A DNA stretch of 64,000 nucleotides from Octopus sinensis (taxonomy: Eukaryota). Each line of letters starts with the position of its first letter. The stretch's first letter is position 1. The position numbers were made by a program, and so were the translations under genes. The notes beneath the pieces are model-generated. The model saw only the letters and a list, made by a program, of their open reading frames with translations, was not told the origin of the DNA and did not search any database. This document shows positions 41,038 through 53,969 of this stretch, piece after piece. The stretch lies in contig NC_043025.1 in the NCBI RefSeq assembly GCF_006345805.1, positions 15,314,001 through 15,378,000 of the forward strand. Direction: 5' to 3'.

Positions 41038-41167
41038 TATAAGGGGATCCACATTAAATGTGAGGGAGGCTTCGTCCAGCAATAAATAAAGTCGTTTGTA
41101 AGAATATTCCGGTTGGTCCTGCCATCGATCGTACACACTCACTTCTCCCCATGATGCTTTGCACAGG
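41038..41167 (-). CDS. FBXO8: FBXO8 coding exon 2
   Basis: ttttcag|C CTG TGC...ATA|gtaagt; 130 nt; LCKASWGEVSVYDRWQDQPEYSYKRLYLLLDEASLTFNVDPLI; phase 2 in, phase 0 out. Confidence 0.93.
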
Positions 41168-41416
41168 CTGAAAATAGAAACATTATTATTATTATTATGA
41201 TGATGATGAAGGTGGTGAGCTGGAAGAATTGTTAGCAGACCGGGTGAAATGCTTAGCAGTATTTCGTTTGTCTTTACGGTCTGAGTTCAAATCCTGCCAA
41301 GGTCGACTTTGTCTTTCATCCTTTCTTAAAAGATGAAAAAAGTATGTGGATAAATTTGACTGACAAAATAGCCTTTGAGGTACTGCTCTAGTTTGGCCAT
41401 AGTCCAAAGATTGGCT

Positions 41417-41717
41417 AACAGCACAGCTCCCATGACTTCAGGAAACATTTTTTCACACTGAGAGTTGCTGAAGCATGGAACAAACTGCCGGCATCAGTTG
41501 TTAGTTGTCGGAGCACTGCATCCTTCAAAACTTTCATGCTTCCTGAGAGATTCCCCAACACTACACCTGATTTTCTCCCCTCCATACACAAGCAAGCATG
41601 TATCTGACTCATACATTGTTCACTTTCCAGACATTTGTACATTACTGCATATACTTTATACGCACTTTCTGACAAGTTGTGGTGCACCTGAGCACTGTAT
41701 ACAATAATTTCATTATT
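41417..41717 (+). mobile_element. CR1-type LINE 3' end (opposite orientation)
   Basis: Reverse complement of 32955-33254 with few differences by eye. Confidence 0.88.
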
Positions 41718-41904
41718 AAAAAAATAAAATAAAATAAACTCTGACATATGCAAGCATGGAAAAGAGGACATTACAGAGATGATGATGATGACAATGGATA
41801 TTTCCTGACTTTCGCTGTTTGGGTTGGGAGAAAGAATGATTTCAACCCCCCCGAGGCACAAGAGTTGTTGGTTCAGGGGTGACAGGAACCAGAAAATTGC
41901 TTAC

Positions 41905-42122
41905 CTTAACCAAAGTAACTCATCATTGCCAAGGGTGTCCCACACACATGCAGCCAGACAGAGGTCGGTGGCGTTCAGATAGGACAAGACAGCTAAACTC
42001 AGTTCAGGTGGAAGCTCCCTTAGGTCTGGAAAGCCACTGCTGGTCAGCGTTTTGGTCGTGTAGTTATGATGACCGACGCATTCCCTCTCAAGTTCCTGAA
42101 GACGACGAAAAACTTGACCCAT
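41905..42122 (-). CDS. FBXO8: FBXO8 coding exon 1 (start codon, F-box)
   Basis: MGQVFRR...FPDLRELPPELSLAVLSYLNATDLCLAACVWDTLGNDELLWL resembles the FBXO8 F-box as recalled. Acceptor ttctttcag lies upstream, so the exon starts at 42157; an in-frame TAA precedes the ATG. Donor AG|gtaagc, phase 2. Confidence 0.95.
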
Positions 42123-43172
42123 AATGCACTTTTACCTTTGGACAGATTTCCTAAAACCTGAAAGAAGAGAATAAAAGAAATTAATTTACATATACATATA
42201 GGCGCAGGAGTGGCTGTGTGGTAAGTAGCTTGCTAACCAACCACATGGTTCCGGGTTCAGTCCCACTGCGTGGCATCTTGGGCAAGTGTCTTCTACTATA
42301 GCCTCGGGCCAACAAATGCCTTGTGAGTGGATTTGGTAGACGGAAACTGAAAGAAGCCTGTCGTATATATGTTTGTGTGTCTGTGTTTGTCCCCCTAGCA
42401 TTGCTTGACAACCGATGTTGGTGTGTTTATGTCCCCATTACTTAGCAGTTTGGCAAAAGAGACCGATAGAATAAGTACTGGGCTTACAAAGAATAAGTCC
42501 CGGGGTCGATTTGCTCGACTAAAGGCGTTGCTCCAGCATGGCCACAGTCAAATGACTGAAACAAGTAAAAGAGTAAAGAGTATACATGTGTGAATGGTGG
42601 GGGGGGGGCAGTACCATGTAAAATGCAGCCAGTACAGTCTGTGAAGTGGTTGGCATTAAGAAGGGCATCCGACAGGAACCTGGTATGGCTCCCAGCCATC
42701 TCAGCTCCTATCCAACCGATGGAGAAAGGACATATGATGATGATGATGATGATGATGACACACACACAGAAGGTGGCGAGCGGGCGAAGTGCTAAGCGGT
42801 ATTTCGTCTGCCTTTACGTTCTGAGTTCAAATTCCGCCGAGGTCGACTTTGCCTTTCATCCTTTCGGGGTCGATAAATTAAGTACCAGTTACGCACTGGG
42901 GTCAATATAATCAACTTAATCCGTTTGTCTGTCCTTGTTTGTCCTCTCTGTGTTTAGCCCCTTGTGGGTAGTAAAGAAATAGGTATTTCGTCTGCCGTTA
43001 CGTTCTGAGTTCAAATTCCACCGAGGTCGACTTTGCCTTTCATCCTTTCAGGGTCAATTAAATAAGTACCAGTTACGCACTGGGGTCAATATAATCAACT
43101 TAATCCGTTTGTCTGTCCTTGTTTGTCCTCTCTGTGTTTAGCCCCTTTTGGGTGGTAAAGAAATAGATAAGG

Positions 43173-43214
<42 letters not shown>

Positions 43215-43800
43215 CCATGCAAATGGCTTAGGAGTGAAATTTAGGATTTCTTGGTTTTCTGTGAATCGGTTTTGATAAAACTTTTTTGCAGCTGGTTTTC
43301 ACACTATGGCAGCACCATTGTTATAGTTTCATCATTCTGTGTAACATCCTTTTCTCTATATTTCAGATTCTTCAGTTTTTGGGTGAACCACGCTAATAGC
43401 TTTTGAATGAAAATAGCCCATCTAGACATTTTTTTCAGAAAATGAAGAATAAAGATACATATTAAGGATACATTGAGTCTATATTTAACAGAAAACCATA
43501 ATAATAATATTATAACATTTATTACATAATGAAATATTTAGCCAGATCAGAGCCATTTTGACGGATAACTTCAAAACCCGTATTAGTCAGGGAATCTGTG
43601 TATGTATATACATACACAGACTTCCAAATACCAAAGTGGTTGGCATTAGGAAAGGCGTCCAGCTGTAGAAAGCAAGCCAAAACGGACTGGGATTCTGAAC
43701 CCTTCAGCTGGCAAGTTCTGGTCAAACCATCCTACCCTTGCCAGCAGGGAAAACAAACGTTAAATGATGATGATGGGACTTGTGTATGTATGTATGTGAA

Positions 43801-43854
<54 letters not shown>

Positions 43855-44146
43855 GTATGTATGTATATATGTATATATATATATATGTATATATTTTGTG
43901 AAATAGAAAGATGAATAATCTTGTTGCAGATTAATCAAAAGTTTAACCGATACCTTGGTAGCAAAAATCACAGCAGAAGACAGCACGGTTGGCGGTACAA
44001 CCATATGGTGTTGCAACCGTGCGTTGGTGCGGATAATTGAATTTTAATATTATTAGTGATTGAAGAAATGGAGTTGAACGAAGAGTGAACAGAAATCGTT
44101 TTATTCTGTTCAATCTTCGTTCAACTCCATTTCTTCAATTCACTAA

Positions 44147-44195
<49 letters not shown>

Positions 44196-44419
44196 TATAT
44201 ATATATATATATATGTATGTATGTGTAGGCACATGCGTGGGCGTGTCGTAAGTAGCTTGTTTACCAACCACATGGTTCTGGGTTCAGTCCCACTGCGTGG
44301 CACCTTGGGCAAGTGTCTTCTACTATAGCCTCAGGCCAACCAAAAGCTTGTGAGTTGATTTGGTAGACGGAAACTGAAAGAAGCCTGTTGTGTGTGTGAG
44401 TGTGTGTATATATATATCA

Positions 44420-44911
44420 TCATCATCATCATCGTTTAACGTCCGTTTTCCATGCTAGCACGGGTTGGACGGTTCGACCGAGGTCTGGGAAGCCAGGGGC
44501 TGCACCAGGCTCCAGTCTGATCTGGCAGAGTTTCTGCAGCTGGATGCCCTTCCTAACGCCAACGACTCCACGAGTGTAGTGGGTGCTTTTTACATGCCAC
44601 CTGCACAGGTGCCAGGGGGGTCCGGCATCGGCCACGATCGGTTGGAGCTTTTAACGTGCCACCGGCACGGAAGCCAGTCGGGGCGGCGCTGGCAACGGCC
44701 ACATTCGGATGGTGCTTTTTATGTGCCACTGGCACAGGAGCCAGTCAGGGGCGGCGCTGGGATCGGCGACGTTCGGATGGTGCTTTTTATGTGTCACCGG
44801 CACGGAAGCCAGTCGGGGTGGCGCTGGCCACGGCCACGTTCGCATGGTGCTTTTTATGTGCCACTGGCACAGAAGCCAGTCGGGGCGGCGCTGGCAACGG
44901 CCACGTTCGGA

Positions 44912-44912
<1 letters not shown>
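44420..44912 (-). mobile_element. SINE-like family 3 with (TGA)n tail and internal ~60-bp GC-rich tandem units
   Basis: Motif ggcgttaggaagggcatccagctg and tail aacgatgatgatg. Copies at ~17330-17610, 19180-19470, 23770-23980, 33790-34180, 38275-38575, 40190-40495, 46955-47365, 47820-48300, 50635-50900, 53175-53560, 55210-55565. Confidence 0.85.
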
Positions 44913-44948
<36 letters not shown>

Positions 44949-45169
44949 TATATTCTCTCTCTTTTTTGCTCTTTTTACTTGTTTCAGTCATTTGACTGCG
45001 GCCATGCTGGAGCACCGCCTTTAATTGAGCAACTCAACCCCGGGACTTATTCTTTGTAAGCCCAGTACTTATTCTATCGGTTTCTTTTGCCGAACCGCTA
45101 AGTTACGGGGACGTAAACACACCAGCATCGGTTGTAAAGCAATGCTAGAGGGACAAACACAAACACATA

Positions 45170-45226
<57 letters not shown>

Positions 45227-45486
45227 CGGAGATGTACTCGCATAGCAAGTAATTTGATCTGAGATCGTGTGCTGAAACGAAAACAATTGCAGCGTGGAAG
45301 GTGTTTATAAGCCATTTAAGAAACACACAAAAAGTCCGTGCTGCAGCACGGACTTTGTCAGTGAACAGGTCGCGGATTTTAGCGACGAAAATATTTTGAC
45401 AAATTAAACTTAAATGTTGGAGTGAATCGAACGGCTTTTGTGTGTTTCTTAAATGGCTTACAAACACCTTCCGGGCTGCAATTGTT

Positions 45487-45518
<32 letters not shown>

Positions 45519-46355
45519 CTCTTTTGTTTCAGTCATTTGACTGCAGCCATGCTGGAGCACCACCTTTAGTCGAGCAAATCGACCCCGGGACTTATTCTTT
45601 GTAAGCCCAGTACTTATTTTATCGGTCTCTTTTGCCGAACCTCTAAGTGACGGGGACGTAAACACCCCACCATCGGTTGTCAAGCAATGCTAGGGGGACA
45701 AACACAGACACACAAACACACACACATATATATATGTACATATATACGACAGGCTTCTTTCAGTTTCCGTCTACCAAATCCACTCACAAGGCATTGGTCG
45801 GCCAGGGGCTATAGCAGAAGACATTTGCCCAAGATGCCACGCAGTGGGACTGAACCCGGAACCATGTGGTTGGTTAGCAAGCTACTTACCACACAGCCAC
45901 TCCTATATATATATATACATATTCTTTCAGTTTCCGTCTACCAAATCCACTGACAAGGCTTTGGTCGGCCTGAGGCTGTAGTAGAAGACTAAGGTGTAAT
46001 TACTGCCAAAGGCAGCCCTTCCCCATATTAAAATAAATTTGTTTGAAATTTTAAGGTGTTTCCATTATTTTGTGCAGCCCCTGTACGTGTGCGTTTGCCC
46101 TGCCACCATCATTTGACAACTGACAATGGTGGGTTTAGATCCCCGTAACTTAGCACTCAAGTTCACCACAACATGACTGAGCCACCATTTGGCCACGTAT
46201 CCGATCGATGCAGGCACTGAACAGAGTGGAAGGTGAGGCATAACCCTGACAAACCTCAGGGTGAGTCAGGGTTGTGTAGATGCTGCAGATCAAATTTGTT
46301 AACTGGCAATCCAGCCATGGCCAACATACAGAAAAGTGAAACATATCTTACTTAC

Positions 46356-46416
46356 ATGAGCTAGGTTCCTTCGCTGCCAAATTCAATGTCTTTTTAGAAC
46401 ATTCTAGAAGATAAAA
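46356..46416 (-). other. Candidate internal 5'UTR exon of FBXO8 (61 nt)
   Basis: Long polypyrimidine tract tttttttctttttgtcctttccag| and donor CAT|gtaagt in unique sequence upstream of the ATG exon, which itself begins with an acceptor. Confidence 0.45.
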
Positions 46417-46772
46417 CTGGAAAGGACAAAAAGAAAAAAACATCTCAGTTCAATGGAATTAGAAATAAAATGGGAGATTGGATTCAACATTGGAAAGAGG
46501 ATTAACCATAGGTCTGCTGGATCAGGACTGACCTGGGGTTAAAGAACAAAGGATACATTAGATAATGTAGTCCTAGATACACTATGCCTGAGAAAGAAAA
46601 GGTGGCATGGTCATGGTTTGAATATCTATAATCCTTTAGCTTCCAGGTTTTCCTGTCAAATATAATCCTTATTTAATCCTTGTTTTGAATTAAGTATGTA
46701 TTATCTTGTGGCTTCCAGGTTTCAATGATGTCCTTTTTCTTTTTACAATGACAGTGCAGGATAGGTGTGAGA

Positions 46773-46810
<38 letters not shown>

Positions 46811-48739
46811 ATTATTTGAGGGAATAAAATCCAAACTTACAAGGAAAAAAATTCAATTTAGAAATACTAAATCAAATTTCACACAATATATATATATAAA
46901 AATTTAGAAAAAAAGCACCTTTTATCAATTCAAAATCATCATCATCATTATCATCATCATTTAGCGTCCGCTTTCCATGCTAGCATGGGTTGGACAGGTC
47001 AACTGGGGTCTGTGAAGCTGGAAGGCTTCGTCAGGCCCAGTCAGATCTGGCAGTGTTTCTACGGCTGGATGCCCTTCCTAACGCCAACCACTCCACGAGT
47101 GTAGTGGGTGTTTTTTACGTGCCACCTGCACAGGTGCCAGACAGAGCTGGCGAACGGCCACGAATGGATGGTGCTTTTACGTGTCACCGGCACAGGGCCA
47201 GGCGATGCTGGCAACGGACACGAACGGATGGTGCTTTTACGTGCCACCGACACGGGGCCAGACAGAGCTGGCAAACGGCCACGAACGGATGGTGCTTTTA
47301 CGTGTCACCGGCACGGGGGCCAGCTGAGGCTGGCAACGGACACGAACGGATGGTGCTTTTACGTGCCGAACAATTAAATTACACCATCTAGAAAATTACA
47401 TATAATAGAAATATTAAAATGAAAATAACAATAACATACCAATGATTAAGTAAATTGCAAAAAAAAAATAATAATAATGTATATAATTTGTTATATATAT
47501 ATAAGTCTTCTGGTATGATCCAAGTTCTGGCTAACTGCATCAGATGATGTGGAATAACCTGGAACTATTCTTCGAGGTGAATAATCCCAATGTATCTTAT
47601 CAGATGGATAAATCTTGCATTTTCTTCTTTGGATAACAAACAGTTCACTGAGTGTATATCCAAGACAATTCAAATAAGGAAAATTATTCATCTACACAAT
47701 TTTATATATATATATCATCATCAAAATTGTTTAATGGCTGCCTTTCAAGCTGACATGGGTATATATATCATCATCATCATTATCATCATCATCATCATTA
47801 TCATCATCATCATCATTATCATCATTTAACGTCCGCTTTCCATGCTAGCATGGGTTGGACGATTTGACTGAGGTCTGGCAAACCAGACTCCAGTCTGATC
47901 TGGCAGAGTTTCTACAGCTGGATGCCCTTCCTAATGCCAACCACTCCGAGAGTGTAGTGGGTGCTTTTACGTGCCACCGGCACGGGGGCCAGTTTGGTGG
48001 TACTGGCAACGACCACGCCCAAATGGTGCTTATTATGTGCCACCTGCACAGGAGCCAGTCCAGTGGCACTGGCGAAGACCTCGCTCGAATGTTTCACGTG
48101 CCACCAGCACAAGCGCTAGTAAGGCAGTGCGGTAATGATCACGCTTGAATGGTGTGCTTAACATGCCATCCGCACGAAGGCCAGCTTGTTGCTCTGGCAA
48201 CGATCTCACTCGTATGGTACTCTTAGTGCTCCACTAGCAACGGATGCCAGTCACCGAATTTGATTTCGACTTCAATTTTCACTTGCCTCAACTGGTCTTC
48301 GCAATATATATATATATATATATCACAAGAGATTGGAAAAATACTTTTGGTATTGTTTATTCCTCATTATGCGTTTCATTGAAATATTTTTGATTCTCTG
48401 AAGAATTTCTAATAGATGTCTTCTATGTTTCTCTGACATGTACAATTTTGTAATTCCTATTAGTAAAAGGAACACATGTAATGGTGATTAAATAATACCA
48501 AAAAGTGTTTTCCAATATTTTCTGACTCTTGTGCATATCTCACACAGATATAACATTTACATACGTAAAATAATAGGTATGTACTATGAGAGTTCAATTT
48601 GGTACAGTACCGAAACTCTGGTTTGAACAGCAGCTGAATATGTGATGTTGAGACTGGCTGTCAGGGGCAGTTAGAAGGGGTTTCTCCCTGAGAAGCTGGA
48701 TAAAGATTCAAGGAAAAATGGAAAACCGTTTGGCATCAC

Positions 48740-49310
48740 TTGCAAAACTTGTTTAATTTATGCAACTGCATGAGAAATATCTAGCCTAAGATAAACTTTT
48801 GTACTCGGATTTTGTTGACTTGGAGATAGCCTTTGACAGGGTCCCCCGATCCCTTATCTGGTAGTCAATGCGGAAACTAGAGATAGATGAGTGGTTAGTG
48901 AGAGCTGTACAAGCCCTGTACAGGGATGCTGTCAGTAAGGTGAGGGTTGGCAACGAGTATAGTGAAGACTTCCAGGTAGAAGTAGGGATTCACCAAGGAT
49001 CAGTCCTTAGCCCCCTCTTATTCATCATAGTCTTCCAGGCAATAACAGAGGAATTCAAGACAGGTTGCCCCTGGGAGCTCCTCTATGCTGATGACCTTGC
49101 TCTAATTGCTGAGTCACTATGAGAACTAGAGAAGAAGTTTCAAGTGTGGAAGGAAGGTCAAGAATCAAAGGGCTTTAAGGTCAACCTAGCAAAAAACAAA
49201 TTTCTAGAAAGTAGGAAGGCAGACAGACCACAAACCCCTTCAGGTAGGTGGCCTTGCTCGATCTGTAGAAAAGGCATAGGTAGAAACTCCATAAGATGTA
49301 CCCAGTGTTT
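48740..49310 (+). mobile_element. RTE LINE RT fragment
   Basis: QGSVLSPLLFIIVFQAITEEFKTGCPWELLYADDLAL; same family as 17620-19190. Confidence 0.92.
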
Positions 49311-52209
49311 AGAATTTCTGATCTGTCTGCAATGGAGGAAATATTTAAAAACCACACCACCTATTATAATCAAGCATTTGCCACAAGCAGCTTCTCCCCA
49401 AAAATAAAATTCCTGTCAAATATTAAGAACTATCTAGCTCAACTACATCCTAAGTCTACGCTCCTCAAAACCATGACTACGACATTCCCCAGAATAGATA
49501 AGAACCCTCAACCTATCGCCCTGGATCTTAAAAAGCAGCATATTCACCCACTTCTCACACACCCCAAAAATACTCCAAAATGCAACCATATAGATAAAAT
49601 GGCATCCCCAATACCAACTAGAAAATTAAACTCTGCACCACCACCACCATCCAATTAGCTAATAAAAGTGGGGTGAAAACTTTACTTTCGTATACTTCAC
49701 CTCCTCTCCTTAACCCTTTCGTTACTGTATTTATTTTGAGATGCTCTGTGTTTCTTTCAATTACTTTAAATATAACAAAGAATTTAGTAAAATAACTTAG
49801 TTATCATTCAGCTAGTGTTAAGAACATAAATTGTGAATAAGGTTTGGTGGAAGATTTTAATTCAGAACTTATGAAAACAAGACATTTGTACTCAGAGCCA
49901 GAGCCGGTTTCAGCCAGGTTGGTATCAAAAGGGTTAAATGTTAAGGGTTTACCTGAGCAATTTTTTAAGATTGTCAAATCCAATTTTCCACCCCACCTCC
50001 ATAAGTGCCACTCTACCTGTAATTGGCCCACCTTTAAATTATCTTCTACACCTGGCATTGAATCCATCTCAGCCACATCTAAAAGCTTAATAGGTATTTG
50101 CCAACCAAACACTACCGATGAAAATCTACTATAATAATACTCTTGTGTTTTTCTCCATCACAACATATGAATGAGAAAGGAAGGGGTGATGGCAAACTGG
50201 TAGTAGGAGCATTTCAACTCTGTGTGAGTATATGTGTATGTAAAAGGGAAATATGTGAATGTCTGTGTGTGTGTGTGTAACAAACACCGATCGATGTCAC
50301 ACCTCAAAAGACAACCACTAGATACCATCGACAAGTGTATTAGCTTGTTCTACCATCCATATTTATATACAAAATACTCCAATTAGCCATAATTTTTGAT
50401 GGCACACGGCCAGCTAGGAATAAATAAAACAATAGTAGTATTAATTATAACAACAACAGCTATAAAAATAATGACTATGAGAACACCAATAATGATAATA
50501 AATACTTATAATTATGATATTAACGTTAATCCGAATAACAGAAGTAAGACCAATCATATGCTACTACTAACGCTAATAACCGACGGAATGATTAGTAACG
50601 GTTATAGTAACACTAGTGAGTGCACTGATAATCATCATCGTTTAACGTCCACTTTCCATGCTGGCATGGGTTGGACGGTTCAACTGGGGTCTGGGAAGCC
50701 AGAAGGCTGCACCAGGCTCCAATCTGATCTGGCAAGGTTTCTACGGGTGGATGCCCTTCCTAACGCCAACCACTCTGTGAGTGTAGTGGCTGCTTTTTAC
50801 GTGCCACCTGCACAGGTGCCAGACGAGGCTGGCAAACGGCCACGATCGGATGGTGCTTTTTACGTCCCACTGGCACGGGGGCCAGGCAAGGCTGGCAACA
50901 GCCTAATAATATTATAATTATAATAGGTGAGACCTAATAATATTAATAATAATCGTTTCTACTACAGGCACAAGGCCTGAAATTTTGGGGGAGGGCACAA
51001 ATCGATTATATTGACCCCAGTTCTCAACTGGTACTTATTTTATCAACCCTGAAAGGATGAAAGGCAAAGTCGATCTTGGCTGAATTTGAACTCAGAATGT
51101 AAAGACGGATGAAATACAGGTAAGCAAATGAGTCTGCCAGCTTGTCACCTTACTAATAATAATAATAATAATCATTTCTATTATAGGCGCAAGACCCTTT
51201 TTTTTTTTTATAGTGGGGTAGAGAGTCGATTACATCGACCCTAGTACTTGTCTGGTACTTATTTCATTGACCCCAAAAGGATGAAAGGCAAAGTCAACCT
51301 TGGTGGAATTTGAACTCGGGGCATAAAGACATAAAATTTTGCCTGGCATGCTAATGATTCGGCCAGCTTGTTGACTTAATAACAACAACAACATTAGCAC
51401 CGATTACAATTGTGGGGTTTCTGCTACAAAGTGCAGGAATAAGGCCACACTTAGTCTTTCCCAAAAGTCAGGAATATCTATGCTTTTTGTTTTGTTCCTT
51501 CTCGAGCCATGCCTAGCTCATAAGGGCCGGTTTCCCAGTTTCTTGGCATATAGGTTCCCCACCTGGACAGGACGCTGGTCCGTCGCAGGTGAGCCGCAAG
51601 ATGCAGGAGGAAAGAGTGAGCAGAAGTGTTGCCAGTACCTTCTGCCGGAGCCGCATGGAGCTTAGGTGTTTCACTCATAAGCACACACATCGTCCGGTCT
51701 GAGATTCGAACCGGTGATCCCTCGACCACAGAATTACTCTTAAACCAAATAGATCCAACAGCAACTTCAAAGTTGGGAATAAATGACCATTGCAAGCTGA
51801 CCAGAGGATCTTTTATGGGGTCTACAAGTGCACAGCCCCTAATAAACTTCAGAACTCCCAGACCCCAGTTGAACCGTCCAACCCATGCTAGCATGGAAAG
51901 CGGACGCTAAATGATGATGATACTTTGTGTATTTAAACTCATTTAAATATGAAAAACATGGATCTATATTTAAGAAAACAGTAAATCTACTTCTCTTGCA
52001 GAGCATATACGCTACCTGAGGAGAAAGAATAAACCCCATAACAGAGCTTAGTCCATCTTAGACTCGTGTCCTCCATGCCAAGGCCCCTCCATGTCCCCTG
52101 TTGGCTGTGTTTGAAGAAATCTTAACAAATCTTGTCACATAATCCAGCACAATTATTATATGTGTGTGTCCATAAATTTTTAAGTTTTACCACTGATCTA
52201 ACTGCTTCT

Positions 52210-52280
52210 AATTCTCATTTCTGATGAGGGAATATCCCATACTTGGGGATATCCCAGAAACAGCCGTAAGACTTTGAATT
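52210..52280 (+). ncRNA. Hammerhead-ribozyme-like motif (Penelope type, near consensus)
   Basis: CTGATGA-GGGAATATCCC/GGGATATCCC-a-GAAA-CAGCC-GTA, with a possible stem I aattc..ttt / aga..gaatt. One extra A precedes GAAA. Confidence 0.5.
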
Positions 52281-52345
52281 TTTTCCAATAATAATATTGC
52301 ATACAGCTTGAGATGTTTGCCTTAATGTTTGTTGACCTCTTCAAC

Positions 52346-52382
<37 letters not shown>

Positions 52383-52475
52383 CAACAATTGAGGGTAAAA
52401 TTAATTAATTATTAATCAATTTCACCAAGTATTCAGTATGCAAAGGGACCATTTAAGGCGAATTCAAATTATTAC

Positions 52476-52833
52476 ATTATATAAAAGGGCTTAGTAAAAT
52501 AAATTACTTTGCCACATACTGAACTCATTAGAAATAGTAGCTAAAAAAACTTTTTTAAAACTATTTCTAATACTTAAAGAAAATCTCTCTCATATAGTGT
52601 TTGCTCAATTCAACTCACGAAAGTATGGGGGTAAAGACATTAAAAAAAAATCAAAACCTTTGCATTTGATTTTTTAATGTCTTTACCCCCATACTTTCGT
52701 GAGTTGAATTGAGCAAACACTATATGAGAGAGATTTTCTTTAAGTATTAGAAATAGTTTTAAAAAAGTTTTTTAGCTACTATTTCTAATGAGTTCAGTAT
52801 GTGGCAAAGTAATTTATTTTACTAAGCCCCTTT

Positions 52834-52841
<8 letters not shown>
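52476..52841. repeat. Near-perfect foldback, ~180-bp arms, ~9-nt loop
   Basis: The left arm is almost exactly the reverse complement of the right arm around 52656-52664. Confidence 0.95.
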
Positions 52842-52874
<33 letters not shown>

Positions 52875-53921
52875 AACAAAGGGTAAAACTAATTAATTAA
52901 GTAATTATCTATAATTTCACCAAGTAGAATTTGGCATGAAAAAGGACTACAGTAAACTTAAGTAATATTTTATAATTCAGCAAAGATTTGCTTCACTACA
53001 TACCGAACTTTAGAAATAGCAGCCAAAGAACCTTAGCTATTTCCTCTACTTTAAGTAGAATCCCTTTTTAAAGTAGAGGAAATAGCTAAGGTTCTTTGGC
53101 TGCTATTTCTAAACTTCGGTATGTAGTAAAGCAAATCTTTGCTGAACCCTAATTATAAAGTATATATATCATCATCATCATCTGCTCTCCATACTAGCAT
53201 GGGTTGGACGGTTCAACTGGGGTCTGGGAAGCCCGAAGGCTGCGCCAGGCCCAGTCTGATCTGGCAATGTTTCTACAGCTGGATGCCCTTCCTAACGCCA
53301 ACCACTCCGTGAGTGTAGTGCCACCGACAGGTGCCAGACAAGTCTGGCAAACGGCCACAATCGGATGGTGCTTTTTGTGTGCCACCGGCATGGGGGCCAG
53401 GCAAGGCTGGCAATGGCCACGAACGGATGGTGCTTTTTACATGCCACCACCCATCCGTGGCCGGTGGCACGTAAAAAGCACCATCCGTTCGTGGCTGTTG
53501 CCAGCCTCGCTTGGCCCCCGTGCAGGTGGCACACAAAAAGCACCATCCGATCGTGGTAAGGATAAGTAAGTTAGGTAAATAAATATACAAAAAATATTAA
53601 ATTCATTTAATACAAAAAATTATACATTTATTCCTCTACCTGCTCAAGTTTAAACCTTTTAAACACTGTGAAGTGCTTTCTATTCAGAGAATATGTCTCT
53701 CATCTATAAACTATATATATGTATATATAGGGAGAGTTTACGAAAGAAACAAAAGACGAAGGCAGGTGGTGTACAAAACAAACAGATGTATTAGTATAAC
53801 GCTCAGGAATAGAAAAGTCTTTTACGTTTCGAGCCTATGCTCTTCTACAGAAAAGGACACAGAAAAAGACAAGGAGAAAGAAAAAATGTGTGTAGTGGCT
53901 ACCGATCTATCATGCGACTGA

Positions 53922-53969
<48 letters not shown>

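Noticed and set aside
44590-44912. CRISPR-like regular repeats (also 47105-47365, 25010-25620)
   Set aside because: They are contiguous tandem units without unique spacers, inside eukaryotic SINEs or satellites, and no cas genes are present.
49310-50150. Possible Penelope GIY-YIG ORF relic
   Set aside because: No diagnostic motif could be read with confidence.
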